Shown piece after piece: positions 37,709-51,274 of a stretch of DNA of 64,000 nucleotides. Numbering within the stretch: position 1 is the stretch's first letter; each line of letters starts with the position of its first letter. The stretch is from Malacoraja senta (taxonomy: Eukaryota), in contig CM075978.1 in NCBI GenBank assembly GCA_038087875.1, forward strand, positions 186,248,001 through 186,312,000, in the 5' to 3' direction. The notes below the pieces were generated by a model. The model saw only the letters and a list, made by a program, of their open reading frames with translations, was not told the DNA's origin and made no database searches. The translations under genes and the position numbers were made by a program.

Positions 37709-38165
37709 ACTAGACTAAGTGGGACCCGTTGGGTCCCTGTCACATGGGAGGCCTAGTCCCCCAACGCAATCCGTTCCCCAATGCAATATTCCACCACTCA
37801 CCCATAGCCCCCAACTACACAGACGCGGCTCATTCCCCCTCATCCCCCAGCTCTCCCTCTTCTTTCCCCTCTCCTCCTCCCCTCCCCAATCCCCCTCTCA
37901 CCGCCCTTCCCCTACCCTGTCACTCCTCTCCCATCCCTACCCTCCTCCTATCCCTCTATCCCCCACCTCTCCCACTCACCTCCCCCTATCCCTCCTGACC
38001 TCCCCCACTGTCCTCCCCACTCCCCATCTCCCCCCCTCCTCTCCCTCTATTCCCCCATCTCCCCCACTCTTCCCTCCTCATCTTCACCCCACTTTCCCCC
38101 CTCTCCCTCCCTACCCCTCCGCTCGCTCAATCCCCCCACTCTCCCTCCTCACCTCCCCTGGATCT
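37709..38165 (-). mobile_element. Helitron-like 3' end with CT-rich low-complexity interior
   Basis: Minus strand ends GGGACCC-AAC-GGGTCCC hairpin, ACTTAGT, CTAG-T; shares GGTGGAATATTGC with 51218-51231. Confidence 0.7.
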
Positions 38166-38509
38166 CTACAACCAAGAACATAGGGAACAGGCACAAGTGA
38201 CCACCACCACCTCCAAGTTTCCCTTCAAGTTGCATGCCTTCCTGATGTGAAAATATATTGCCATTGTTGCTGGCTTTAAATTTAGCAACTCTCTCTCCAT
38301 TCCCCTGGTCCCACCCACCCTTTCTACAACAGTACCACTATCAGAAGGAGTGCAGCTGTTCAAGTCAGTGTCTCAGCTCAAACCTCTCAATGTAATTAAT
38401 GTGCAGGAATTGCTCGTGACATTCAGGTCCCAGAAAATGACAACATTAAAAAAAGTACATTCTGTGCTAATGCAACTCTCAGTGTTCTTGTGTATTTTTT
38501 ATTTTTATT

Positions 38510-40135
38510 CGATCGACAATGTCAGCGCTGGGGTTATTTTAAAATCAGCTTCAAAAGCCGACAACGGGGACGGATTTCACGCACAGGACAGGTAAACGAA
38601 AGCAGTTTATTTTTTTGTATAAAAGTGCTTCTTAAGAGGTCTATAATTCACATTTTTTAATGCGAAACGGTGATTCTTTTCCCCGAACTAACGGCAGAAT
38701 TTTTCATGCCGATACGAGGTTAAATTCACCGCAAATCAACGTTCCAAATGATCGCGTTCCAGAAAACCCCACTCGCAAGATAGAAAACATAGAAAATAAG
38801 TGCAGGAATAGGCCATTCGGCCCTTCGAGTCTGCACCGCCATTCAGTATGATCATGGCTGATCATCCAACTCAGTATCCTGAACCTGCCTTCTCTCCATA
38901 CCCCCGGATCCCTTTAGCCTCAAGGGTCACATCTAACTCCCTCTTAAATATAGCCAATGAACTGGCCTCAACTACCTTCTGTGGCAGAGAGTTCCAGAGA
39001 TTCACCACTCTCTGTGTGAAAAATGTTTTTCTCATCTCGGTCCTAAAGGATTTCCCCTTAATCCTTAAACTGTGACCCCTTGTCCTGGACTTCCCCAACA
39101 TCGGGAACAATCTTCCTGCATCTAGCCTGTCCAACCCCTTAAGAATTTTGTACGTTTCTATAAGATCCCCCCTCAATCTTCTAAATTCTAGCGAGTACAA
39201 GCCGAGTCTATCCAGTCTTTCTTCATATGAAAGTCCTGACATCCCAGGAATCAATCTGGTGAACCTTCTCTGTACTCCCTCTATGGCAAGAATGTCTTTC
39301 CTCAGATTTGGAGACCAAAACTGTACGCAATACTCCAGGTGTGGTCTCACCAAGACCCTGTACAACTGCAGTAGAACCTCCCTGCTCCTATACTCAAATC
39401 CTTTTGCTATGAATGCTAACATACCATTCGCTTTCTTCACTGCCTGCTGCACCTGCATGCCTACTTTCAATGACTGGTGTACCATGACACCCAGGTCTCG
39501 TTGCATCTCCCCTTTTCCTAATCGGCCACCATTTAGATAATAGTCTACTTTCATGTTTTTGCCACCAAAGTGGATAAATGCCCATTAATTTACAGGTATT
39601 AAACATTAAATTCCTTCCATTTGGCCTGTAAATCCATGACAATGAGATTTAAAAATTATGTTATATTGTGAATTCTTGTGTGAATGTTATTTGGACACTT
39701 AGGCTATTTAAAAATGTTAATCTATTCTTAAGAAATTGATAGATGTTTAGATCTAGTAATTGAATTTTGTAATTAGCTACAATTAGGTAACTAACTAATT
39801 ATATGCTTTAATTTCATGTCATCTAAGTAAGATTGTTTCATATTTGTTTCAGAATGCTTCAATCTATAATAACTGAAAATTTCTTTCAGTTCTCTTAATT
39901 TTTAAGAAAGTTATGGGCTTTTGACTGTCCTCGATCACAGCTTTTGTGTTAAGTCAATGGAAAAGCAATATGGAACAAGATGCTAATTTCCGAGTATGAA
40001 AATGGCCATAACTTTTTTAATACTGAAGATATGAAAGTGAATTAGGTGTCAAATTAAACTTCTTTTTATGCTTTATCTGATGGGATAAATTACAGACTTT
40101 ATTTTTAAAATCTCAAAATGTTGTAACATTGCTAT
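38510..40135. mobile_element. Probable DNA-transposon remnant split by a CR1
   Basis: CpG-containing part 38510-38778 and AT-rich part 39576-40135 flank the CR1; end TTGTAACATTGCTA resembles TTGTAACATACCTA at 37562. Confidence 0.4.
38779..39575 (-). mobile_element. Young CR1 3' fragment
   Basis: Open 227-aa ORF ..[36 protein letters not shown]. Confidence 0.95.
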
Positions 40136-40139
40136 GAGA

Positions 40140-40470
40140 TAAGTGATGGTATGTGTCTCTGATAATGCTGGCAGCCATTTTGAGGCAGCGACTCCGATAA
40201 AACCCTCCGATGGTGGGGAGGTCAGAGCCGGTGATGGACTGGGTAGTGTTCACAACTGTTTGCAGTCTTTTTCTGCTCCTGGGTGTTCAAGTTGCCGAAC
40301 CAGGCCGTGTTGCAACCAGTCAATGTGCTCTCTACTGTACACCTGTAGAAGTTCAAGAGAATCCTCTCTGAAATACCGAATCTCTGTAATTGTGGGTCCT
40401 CATCTTTCCTCTTCCAAAGTCCACAATCAGTTCATTGGTTCAATCGGTCAATCTCACTTCTATACTCTGA
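40140..40470 (-). mobile_element. Deleted Rex1/Babar fragment
   Basis: Colinear pieces of 36300-36820 (GAGGTCAGAGCCG.TGATGGACTGGG; CCAAAGTCCACAATCAGTTC). Confidence 0.75.
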
Positions 40471-41475
40471 TGGTGTGCTTTCTCTCCACGGGCACTCTTG
40501 CATGAATGTAACTTCAGAAGAGGAATAAGCAGTTGGCACAGATGGACCATCCATGGTCCGTTGCCTGGACATATGAACAACCACGAGGCAAGACCCAGAA
40601 GCATCCTGACAAGGATGACCCCCTCAAAACTGGGTACTCAAAGATTGGAAGCTTGGGGCTGAAGTGCAACCAGTGTCTGAGGAGCAGCCCCTTCAACTCC
40701 ATGGAGGGGAAGCTGCATTGTTATACATCACCCTAGTGAAGAGATTAATTAAAGTTTTATCTGATGCAGCTAGAGAAGGAAACACATTGTCTTGTCCAGC
40801 TGAGTTTTTAATTGAAAATATTTAAAGATAATATTATCGGCTACCTGTTTACCACTACCTGATACCAATTTTATTCAAATTGCTTCCGTTTGCTGTTGAT
40901 TTTAAGCAGTTGTTCAGTAAGACATGTAAGTAAGCCTGTGACTCTTCACATTATGAACTTGTTGTATTTTGTCCCATTATAACTCAAATAGGTTAAGGCA
41001 AAAAAAAACTCAAAGTAACACCAAGCAATCTTCAGGTTTTTGTAAAATCTGTCAGTGTCTAACATCTTGCAAAGCTGGTCATTGTGTACAGGTTCTTTAA
41101 TTGGCTATTACCTCCCATTCATTTTGTTGTTCAAACTGGATTCCTAAAAACTATTGTACTGTATAAATAGCCTAATGTGCTTGCTATTAATTAGTTTGCT
41201 ATGTTCCATCCAATCCTAGCCAGCTATTTTTCTTTTTTCCCCTCTCTTTTTGGGAATATCGCATCCTCATTAAGCATGTTTTAACTAAACTAAAATTTAA
41301 CTAAAGCCAGATTGTTTGTCTACTGCTTTGAAAAGAACAGTGCCTAATATGGAGCTTCAATGGAGTATATCATTTGCTTTTCATGATGCTAGAGTCTAAA
41401 ACTTTGATCAATATTTGCTATTCTAATAACGACAGTATAACAACTAATATTGACCTATCCTTTTCTCTATGTAGG

Positions 41476-41692
41476 GAGGAACTGCAGATGCTGGTTTAAA
41501 CCAAAGATAGACACAAAAAGCTGAAGTAACTCAGTGGGACAGGCCGCATCTCTGGAGAGAAGGAATGGGTGACGTTCCGGGCCGAGATATGAAATGGGGT
41601 CTGAAGAAGGGTCTCAACCCGAAAATCACCCATTCCTTCTCTCCAGAGATGCTATCTGTCCTGCTGAGTGAATCCAGCTTTTTGTGTCTATT
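41476..41692. mobile_element. Inverted (foldback) Penelope pLTR pair
   Basis: TAGACACAAAAAGCTG..TCTGGAGAGAAGGAATGGGTGA / TCACCCATTCCTTCTCTCCAGA..CAGCTTTTTGTGTCTA. Confidence 0.8.
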
Positions 41693-42817
41693 CTTTTCTC
41701 TGCATAAGCTTTGAGGCATCATGTCCCAGTGAATATTCATGGTTTCCCTCTCCACTCTTCCAACATCACAGTGGGGCAGACATCATGAAGAAGAGGACTG
41801 GAGTGGGAACAGAAATGGGGTAGGGAGTTCAGAAGGTTATTGTGTACATGGTTGGTGATGGGTGTTTGGACATTTGAATGATAAGAATTGTAAGTAAAGC
41901 CTGCTCCTTAGACTGTAAACAAGCATCCGGTTAACTGCTACAGAAGACAGAGGAGGCCAATTCACTGGATGTTTTCATAAGAGAGTTAGATATAGTTCTT
42001 AAGGGATATGGGGAGAAAGCAGGAATGTGGTACTGGTTATGGATGATCAGCCATGATCATATTCAATGACTGTGCTGGCTCGAAGGACCAAATGGCGTAC
42101 TCAACCTATTTTCTATGTTTAACTGCCCATATATTTGCAAGAAAATCTTGCAAAAGTGAGGATAAATGAGCATTGTATACTGTTTCGTTTCATTGCATGC
42201 CTAACACCTTCGCAGGCGGGATCACCATATGCACAAAATATCAACCCACAGTTTTCTGCTCAATCATTTGAGCTCCCTTAATGTAGAAATATATCCTTTG
42301 TTGTCCAAAATTCAAACAGCTGGAGAAACTCAACAGGCCAGGTAGCAGCTGTGGAGGAAGAGAAACTATAAATGTTTCTGGTCAGGACCCTTCATCTGGA
42401 CTGAAAGAATAAAGGGGAGACGGCCTGTATAAAGAGGTAATGGGGAGGAATGGGCCAAGAACTGGCTTGTGTCTCCTTTATTTTGCGTAATATTTACTTT
42501 GCAGTAAAGGAAGAAAATAGAATACGAAACATACAAGTAAGACTAAAGCATGGAGGAACAAATTAAATCCAATATCCATTAAAAAAAAATTGGTATAACT
42601 AATGGGATTAAGGTCAGAAAATTTCTAGGACCTTTTCCAGAAGTTGCTCTCCAAATTGGGTACTAAAGCTTGAGCAAATTGTTGATTTGTTGGTCATGCT
42701 TTTCGAAAGGGAATTATCACCATGGAATGGATAACTAATGTCACTTTGTCCTTTAAATAGTGGAGAAGTTGGAAGTGTTTTGTGTAATGTGGAGAAACTC
42801 TGGATCATATTTAACTA

Positions 42818-43097
42818 TAGGCAGACCCCAAGTTACAAAAGAGTTCTGTTCCTGCGAACTGTTCGTCACCAGATTTTTTTGTAAGTTGGAAATAAACTGA
42901 AAGCATGCGTTGAGACAGTTGTTTCAGGAGAGTAAGCATGCGCGGGATTGCGTGAGAGCATGCGTGGGATTGCGTGAGGGCAACTCGCCAGCCGGCCTCA
43001 CTGACCCAGTGAATGAGTAAGTGATTCTGCTCAGCCTCCCAGCTCTGATTGTTGTGGCTGGCTCATAAGTCAGGCGTTCGTAACCCAGAAGGGCCTG
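42818..43097. mobile_element. Degenerate Tigger/pogo-like MITE
   Basis: AGGCAGACCCCAAGTTACAA...TTCGTAACCCAGAAGGGCCTG imperfect TIRs. Confidence 0.5.
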
Positions 43098-43639
43098 TGC
43101 CTTTACAATGAGGCGATGGTATAGGAATTAGAAAGATGGCTGATAACACTTTTTTAATGCCTTTGTGTACATTTTTTTTTAGGTAGTTATCATCCTGTCA
43201 TTCTTGGTCTAGTGATGTTTGAAATGGCAGGAAAGGAAATGCAGCTATATAGTCTTCAAGTAAATCTGTGTAATTCATTTTGCTGAAAAGCAAAAACGAT
43301 GAAAGCTGTTTGGCCACTTTTGTTGCACAATGCCCAAGATTAGATAACTTATTTTGTTGTTATGTATCTGGGTTACTAACAAATACTTAGAAGTGACTCA
43401 AGCTCCAATGCTCGGCTGTTTCTGCGGCATAATCAAAAAAACGTACATTGGAGATTCCTTATCAAGACAATGTCATAGTATAGATGTCATCTCTGCTGAT
43501 GCTAAGCTGCTTCAGAATGGAGTAGAATCAGAAATGTGATTGTGTTAATGTGACAGTAAATCATTGGAAAGTACACAGTTCTCACTGGTTGAATGTTTAC
43601 TATTGTTTAAACATGAGAAGCATGTTCATAATAAGTTCA

Positions 43640-44082
43640 TGTCATAGGTGCAGAATGAGGCCATTTGGCCCATTGATTTTACTCTGCCATTCAATCATTT
43701 TGCATTGTTGCATGTTCTGTCTTTCCCTCTCAATTCTATTCTCCTGGCTTTTCCCCATAACCTTTGACGCCTTACTAATCAAGAACCTGTCAATCTCAGC
43801 TTTAAAAATACACAAAAAGATTGGCCTGCACAGCTGTCTGGTAATGAATACCAGTGATTCATCGCCCGCTAGCTAAAAGAAAATTCCTCCTCATCTCCTT
43901 TCTAAAGGTACATCTTTTTATTCTGAGGATGTACCCTCTGGTCCTAGACTCTCCCACTAGTGGAAACATCCTCTCCACATCCACTTTATCCAAGCCTTTC
44001 ATTATCCTGTATGTTTCAGAGATCCCCTCATCCTTCCAAACTCCAGCGAGTACAGGCGCAGAGCTGTCAAACTCTCATCATA
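43640..44082 (-). mobile_element. Degenerate CR1 3' fragment
   Basis: CTGGTCCTAGACTCTCCCACTAGTGGAAACATCC and related CR1 sequence. Confidence 0.7.
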
Positions 44083-45764
44083 CATTAGCATGTTGGCAAG
44101 TTGCAACCAACTAACAAGTTGCTTAGCTTGGCTTTAAAATGGGCTTTCTGGTCATTCTGAGCTTTGCATTGTTGCAGTTCTTGTTAATCTGATGAAAATT
44201 ACTTTACGGCTAGGACTCTTAAATTAAGCATTGATATGATTCAAACTGAACTGGAATTTGCAATAGAGACGATTCTATAACGTCTAAATCAGCAGCACTT
44301 TGTGGAGTCTGCAAGTGCACATTTGAATACATACATCCTATGGTATCTGTTGTTGATACCCTGCTGCTGTACATGTGTACAAGAGAATCACTGATTTGAA
44401 ATAGCCTTAGCCCTCTTATTATCCATGTCATTAAACTATCAGAATTGTTTTACCTTGTGTGGCGTGATGTAACAGAATTTGTCATCATACGTTGTTGAAT
44501 CGCTGAACAACCTCAATGGCATATTTCTACTAGATTGTAAAGTCTGAAGCATCATTTCTTCTCTATCATGATTTAAAAATTCTGTATATTTATCTAAAAA
44601 AAATTAAATTAAATGTAATATTTTAGCTCGACCTTAATCCCAAATATGCAACCTAATATGTTTTTCTTCTGGAAAATGTTTCAAAATTAAAATAAAATAA
44701 CGTATATCAGTGATAATTCTTTATCAGCCTACTTTAAAAAAATCTTTTTCACCTGGATGTCATGTAGTTAGGGTCTGGTTTAAGCTTTGATCAAAAAAGT
44801 GACAGACATCACAAATACTGTTTAACATTATCGACAGAAGGCTTTGAGGCTGGAGCAGGTGCTATCTCATTACCAGTGACCAGATTATCCAGGCCTATGC
44901 GTTTGACTTACGATAAAACCCCTATTAATGATAATTTTCATAACAGCAATGTTGGAAATGATCCATTTTGGTTTGAATACCCAGTAGTATCGGCTGACAA
45001 ACACAGCTCAGCAATAATAATCCTGTGATGAATAATGTGATGACAGTCCTGTGATGTCCAATAAGTAACCGTGTTCTGTTTCTTTCAAAAACTTCAACTG
45101 AGCCTACAGTCACTTTGTTACAAAGTGAACATATGGGAAATAATTTATGGACTTTTTTTTCTTATGTGCTTTTACCTCGATTCTTTTGATCCTTGGATAC
45201 TTCACAAACATCACCGCTAATTTTCCTGACTTGAATATTGTTTTTATTCCCACTAACTTCATTTATTCCTAGTATTAATAAGAGTTACACAATTATTTCT
45301 CAATTACACAACAATTTTAACATTGTTTATTGACTTGGACTAATATCATTGTTGCTTTTGTCTGAACTGTTTTGATTTCCACTGAAGTTTTTTAAATAAG
45401 CTTTTGGAAGAAACCATAAATGTGGATTTCACAACATTTTACTGATTTGTGCTGCATTTCTCTTTAATTTAGAATTGCTGCTATTGATACAATATTTTAT
45501 TTTCTCTTGAATTTAAGTCTCCCGTTTGCTGTACGTTGTTTAAATTAGCATTTTTTTCAGTGCAGTCATAATTGCTATTTTCAGTTCTGACACACAGTTT
45601 CCTTAATTGTTTGCATTCCTCTCTACTTTGGTAAGTGTCTATCTTTAAATTGTTCTTGCCTAGAAATTCCTTCACTACTTTTCAAAGGTGTTAAAATGGC
45701 ATTGCATATAATGCTAATGCTTTTAAAGGTCTCAAAGATTTGCAGAGGTTCTCTGAACAACTTT

Positions 45765-45792
45765 CTGAAGAAGGGTCTCGACCCGAAACGTC
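45765..45792 (+). ncRNA. Minimal hammerhead ribozyme core in a pLTR fragment (45760-45897)
   Basis: CTGAAGA-A-GGGTC-TC-GACCC-GAAAC-GTC: CUGANGA box, stem II, GAAA box, NUH triplet. Confidence 0.7.
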
Positions 45793-46063
45793 ACCCATTC
45801 CTTCTCTCCAGCGATGCTGCCTGTCCCCGCTGAGTTACTCCAGCTTTTTGTGTCTATCTTCGGTTTAAACCAGCATCTGCAGTTCCTTTCATACACACTA
45901 AACAGCTTTATTGGATTTCACACTGTAAAGTTGCCCTATGTCAATTTCAGCACATTGATCTGTTGTAGGATCTCACAGCTGTAGGGACTTAGCCTCACAG
46001 TTGCTGTCTCAGGAGCCAGCCTTTAAAGGGATATATATGTACAAGAAAGAGTACTTATCTAGC

Positions 46064-48479
46064 GAGACAAAAATGCTGGAGAAACTCAGCGGGTGAGGCA
46101 GCATCTATGGAGCGAAGGAAATAGGCAACGTTTCGGGTCGAAACCCTTCTTCGGACTGATGTGAGGGTGGGGGGGGGGGCGGGAGGAAGAAAGGAAGAGG
46201 TGGAGCCAGAGGGCTGAGGGAAAGCTGAGAAGGGGAGGAGAAAGTTAGGACTACCTGGAATTAGAGAAGTCAATGTTCATACCGCTGAGGTGCAAACTGC
46301 CCAAGCGAAATATGAGGTGCTGCTCCTCCAATTTATGGTGGTCCTCTAGCCATGGAGGAGGCCTACGACAGAAAGGTCGGATTCGGAATGGGAGGGGGAG
46401 TTGAAGTGCTGAGCCACCGGGAGATCAGGTTGGTTATTGCGAACCGAGCTGAGGTGTTCGGCGAAGCGACCGGCAAGCCTACGCTTGGCCTCACCAATGT
46501 AGAGCAACTAACATCTAGAGCAGCGGATGCAATAGATGAGGTTGGATGAGGTGCAGATGAACCTCTGCCGCACCTGGAAAGACTGCTTGGGTCCTTGAAT
46601 GGAGTCAAGGGGGGAGGCAAAGCGACAAGTGTAGCATTTCTTGCGGTTGCAAGGGAAAGTGCCCAGAGAGGGGGTGGTTCGGGTGGGAAGGGACGAATTG
46701 ACCAGGGAGTTACAGAGGGAGCTGTCTCTGCGGAAAGCAGACAGGGAAGGAGATGGGAAGATGTGGCAAGTGGTGGGATCACGTTGAGGGTGGCGAAAAT
46801 GTCGGAGGATTATTTGTTGTATGTGACGTCTGGTAGGGTGGAAAGTGAGGATAAGGGGGACTCTGCCCTTGTTGAGAGTGGTGGGGATGGGGAGTGAGAG
46901 CAGAGTCACGGGATATAGAAGAGACGCTGGTGAGAGCCTCATCTATGGTAGAAGAGGGGAACCCCCGTTCCCTGAAGAATGAGGTCATCTCCGATGCCCT
47001 GGTGTGGAACACCTCATCCTGGGTGCAGATGCTGCGTAGATGGAGGGATTGGGAGTAGGGAATGGAGTCCTTGCAGGAAGCAGGGTAGGAAGAAGTGTAG
47101 TCCAGATAGCCTTGGAAGTCAGTGGGTTTATAGTGGATGTCGGTCAGTGGTCTATCACCTGCGATGGAGATAATATAAGATCAAGAAATGGCAGGAAAAT
47201 ATCGGAAATGGTCCAGGTGTATTTGAGTGCCGGATGGAAGTTAGTGGTGAAATGGATGAAGTCAGTGAGTTGTGTGTGGGTGCAGCAGGTAGCACCAATG
47301 CAGTTGTCGATGTAGTGGAGGTAGAGTTCGGGGCTAGGGCCACCGTACGTCTCGAACAAGGAATGTTCGACGTACCCTACAAAGAGGCAGGCATAGCTAG
47401 GGCCCATGCGCGTGCCCATAGCTACTCCTTATATTTGGAGGAAATGGGAGGAGTCAATCAAAATGTTATTAAGGGTAAGGACCATCCCCCACTCCCAATT
47501 CCTCCTTCTACGCAGCATCTGCACCCAGGATGAGGTGTTCCATACCAGGGCATCGGAGATGTCCTCATTCTTCAGGGAACGGGGGTTCCCCTTTTCTACC
47601 ATAGATGACCCCGCGACTGCTCTCACTCCCCATCCCTCCCACTCGTAACAAGGGCAGGGTCCCCCTTGTCCTTACCTTCCACCCTACCAGCCGTCACATA
47701 CAACAAATAATCCTCCGACATTTTCGCCACCTCCAATGTGATCCCACCACTTGCCACATCTTCCCATCTCCTCCCCTGTCTGCTTACCGCAGAAACCGCT
47801 CCCTCCGTAACTCCCTGGTTAATTCGTCCCTTCCCACCCGAACCACCCCCTCTCCGGGCACTTTCCCTTGTAACCGCAATAAATTCTACACTTGTAGCTT
47901 TACCTTCCCCCTTGACTCCATTCAAGGACCCAAGCAGTCTTTCCAGGTGCGGCAGAAGTTCACCTGCACCTCCTCCAACCTCACCTATTGCATCCGCTGC
48001 TCTAGATGTCAGTTGCTCTACATCGGTGAGACCAAGTGTAGGCTTGGCAATCGCTTCGCCGAACACCTCCGCTCGGTTCGCAATAACCAACCTGATCTCC
48101 TGGTGGCTCAGCACTTCAACTCCCCCTCCCATTCCGAATCGAACCTTTCTGTCCTGGGCCTCCTCCATGGCCAGTGAGGACCACTGTAAATTGGAGGAGC
48201 AGCACCTCATATTTCGCTTGGGCAGTTTGCACCCCAGCGATATGAACATTGACTTCTCTAATTTCAGGTAGTCCTTACTTTCTCCTCCCCTTCTCAGTTC
48301 TCCCTCAGCCCTCTGGCTCCACCTCTTCCTTTCTTCTCCCCACCCTCATATCTGAAGAAGGGTTTCGACCCGAAACGTTGCCTATTTCCGTCGCTCCATA
48401 GATGCTGCCTAACCCACTGAGTTTCTCCAGCATTTTTGCCAACCTTCGATTTTCCAGCATCTGCAGTTCCTTCTTAAAC
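46064..48479. mobile_element. Head-to-head inverted Penelope-like insertion (minus ~46064-47455, plus ~47480-48479)
   Basis: RT remnant MGTRMGPSYACLFVGYVE..YID; GIY-YIG CTSSNL(I/T)YCIRCSRC..YIGETK; 13-bp TSD GTACTTATCTAGC at 46051-46063 and 48480-48492. Confidence 0.92.
48352..48379 (+). ncRNA. Minimal hammerhead ribozyme core
   Basis: CTGAAGAAGGGTTTCGACCCGAAACGTT in Penelope 3' pLTR. Confidence 0.65.
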
Positions 48480-50206
48480 GTACTTATCTAGCTATTGGGA
48501 TGTGATTTCGCTTCAAGAGTAGATGTAAACACAATGGGAGAAAGAGGAGGAGGCCTTCCAAAGTCTCTGAGCAGACTAGTCAAGAACATTATGCATTGGA
48601 GACATGAACTTCATGATGACCCTCCAGAGCTACAAACAGGCACTTTTAGGAGGAATGAATCTCTAGGGTAAAACATATGTCAAAAAAACTTGTAGAGATG
48701 GGAGTGATTTGTTAGTCTGCAAGATTAACAAATCATCCTGTCCAGACTGCCCACACCTGGGAACTGAATGAATCTCTGTGTTCATTTTACCTTCTCCTGC
48801 TTTCTGAAGAACAAAGTAGATTAATTCTTATCCCCTTGAAAATGTAATTTTGGGGAATCTCCATAATGGAGCATTGAGCAGCAAATTTGTTACGTGGCAA
48901 AGCCACGTTAATGGCAAAGGCTTGGAATAACACTGAAGCTAGGATGTTCATTTCTTTTTTTTATGACTCAGAAGGAGACCATTCAGCCTAATGAATTTCT
49001 GCTAGCTCTTGGTGAGATTCCATGAATCCCATAGCCTCCATTATTTCCCTGCAACTTTTTATCTCGATATCCATCAACCCATCCTTCTACACCAGGGTTA
49101 ATTTACAATCGTCAATTAACCTAAAAACTAACATATCCACATATGTACAAGTTATCTGACGTGCCTGTGAGAAACCGACATGGCCAAATATTAGGTCAGC
49201 ACCAAATATTAGGATTGAAGGTAGGTTGTTGCACCAGAGAGGCAACATTACTATGTACTGTGCCATCAGCAATATGACTGTCACAGTCTTGCAGGAAAAG
49301 CAGCCAAGACACGAGTGCCTGTGAGATTGTAGAGCATCACAGATGTAATAGACATTGCTCCTCAAAGTCTAACTATAAGCATAGGTCACTGGGTGCATAA
49401 GATCTAGGGTGATGAGTGTTCCATACTAATTCTGATATTGCCTGCAATCTCCCTGTCACTTGTGATCCATCTACAGCTAGAGAAGTTTCACATGCAAGCA
49501 AAGTCTCATTGTAAGTTATTTTTGCTTGTGGAAAAGTCATTGAAGCCCCAGTGAAGGTTGATTTATGCGTGAGCAGTGTGTAGAATAAACATCAAGGCTC
49601 TACTCCGTAGTGAGCCTATTTTCAACTGCACAAAACATTTTTATGACATTATGAAAATAAATCAAGCCGCTTTCTCTTAAGTATAAACACTTCACTAACG
49701 CTATTGAATAGAGATATTGAAAAGTAACGAATATTGTGAATAAGTAAGATCCTCTGCTGTTAGCCTGAAATTCCATTTAGCTGTACATGTTTTTCCACCA
49801 CCTATCCTTCCTTATCTATATTACTAAAAGTCTGATCTTGACCACTTCCTGTTGTTCTGTATATTGATTTTAGAAAAAACGTTGCCACTTACGGCTGTGA
49901 TTTTTGGCCATCTTACTCAGAGCCCCCCTCCGCTGCACAGGACAAGAGGATTTTTCCCCATCGATGAAAAATAAAAGTGTTATTAGTGTTTTAAAAATGT
50001 TGAGATTCTCTCTCCTGAAGGCCACGCCCCTTCCGGAGGGACTATAAAACCTGGAAGTGTTGAGTGCCTCAGTCAATCTCTGCAAGATGGGGCAGCGAGA
50101 GGGTCACGTCTCTCAGTCTGAGCTGTGAATAACACTGAACACATGTCTACTAAACTGAGTGGTTTTACTGACCTGTCAGTGCCCTTAATGTGGTTTGAAA
50201 ATATAG

Positions 50207-50325
50207 TTTGGAAATGCTAAAGCTGTGTTGCCTTTGGTTTGGAAATGCTAAAGCTGTGTTGCCTTTGGTTTGGAAATGCGAAAGCTGTGTTGCCTTTGGT
50301 TTGGAAATGCTAAAGCTGTGTTGCC
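50207..50325. repeat. 31-bp minisatellite, ~3.8 copies
   Basis: Unit TTTGGAAATGCTAAAGCTGTGTTGCCTTTGG. Confidence 0.9.
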
Positions 50326-50553
50326 TAATTAAAGTTTCCTTGCCTAATTAAAGTTGCCTTGCCTAATTAAAGTTGCCTTGCCTAATTGAAGTTGCCTTGC
50401 CTAATTGAAGTTGCCTTGCCTAATTGAAGTTGCCTTGCCTAATTAAAGTTGCCTTGCCTAATTAAAGTTGCCTTGCCTAATTAAAGTTGCCTTGCCTAAT
50501 TAAAGTTGCCTTGCCTAAATAAAGTTGCCTTGCCTAATTAAAGTTGCCTTGCC
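50322..50553. repeat. 19-bp minisatellite, ~12 copies
   Basis: Unit TGCCTAATTRAAGTTGCCT. Confidence 0.92.
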
Positions 50554-51274
50554 TTTCATCTAATCTTGACAACTTCCTGTTTGCGTTTTATAGTGATTTT
50601 AGAAGAAATGCTACCACGACTGCTGTGATTTTTGGCCATCTTACTCAGAGTCCCCCTCCCCTCATCAGGTGCAGAGGAATTTTCCCATCAATGAAAATTA
50701 TAAGAGTTATTAGTGTTTTAAAAATGTTGAGATTCTCTCCTGTCAATCACGCCATGAAGGCCACGCCCCTTCTGGTGGGAGGGGGGGGGGACTATAAAAC
50801 CCAGAAGTGTGGGCGTGGTTCAGTCTCTGCAAGATGGAGGAGGGAGAGGTCATGACTCGCTGTCTTTAGTGGCTTTGCACCCTGCTTGAAATGGTATGAA
50901 ACTGCAATTGAATTTGGTGGCCTTGCACCCTGCTTGAAGTAGTAAGAAACTGCACTTGAATTTGGTGGCCTTGCACCCTGCTTGAAATGGAATTTCAAGG
51001 AATAGCCGTGAGTCAACTGCCAGCCCACCAGCCGTGAGTGAGTGAGCTGCCAGCACAACAGGCTTGAATGACTGAGCCGCCAGCCCAAGAATCCATTTGG
51101 CCCACAATGTTCATACTAGCCCTCTGGAAACCAGTCCCTTCAGCCCACAACACCCATACTAGCGCTCCAGAAAGCCCCCCCCCCCCCCACTGGCCACCAA
51201 TATTGGAATTGGTGGAGAGGTGGAATATTGCGTTGGGGGACCAGCCCTCCCGTGTGATGCTGGTCCCACTTAGT

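Larger units (their letters stand above)
49815..51274 (+). mobile_element. Non-autonomous Helitron-like element
   Basis: Starts A|TCTATATTACTAAAA; ends GGTCCCACTTAGT with CTAGT displaced to 52060 by an insertion; internal duplication ~49830-50105 / ~50560-50850; 3' end matches 37709 copy. Confidence 0.65.

Noticed and set aside
50207-50553. CRISPR-like array
   Set aside because: Contiguous tandem repeats without unique spacers, in eukaryotic context.
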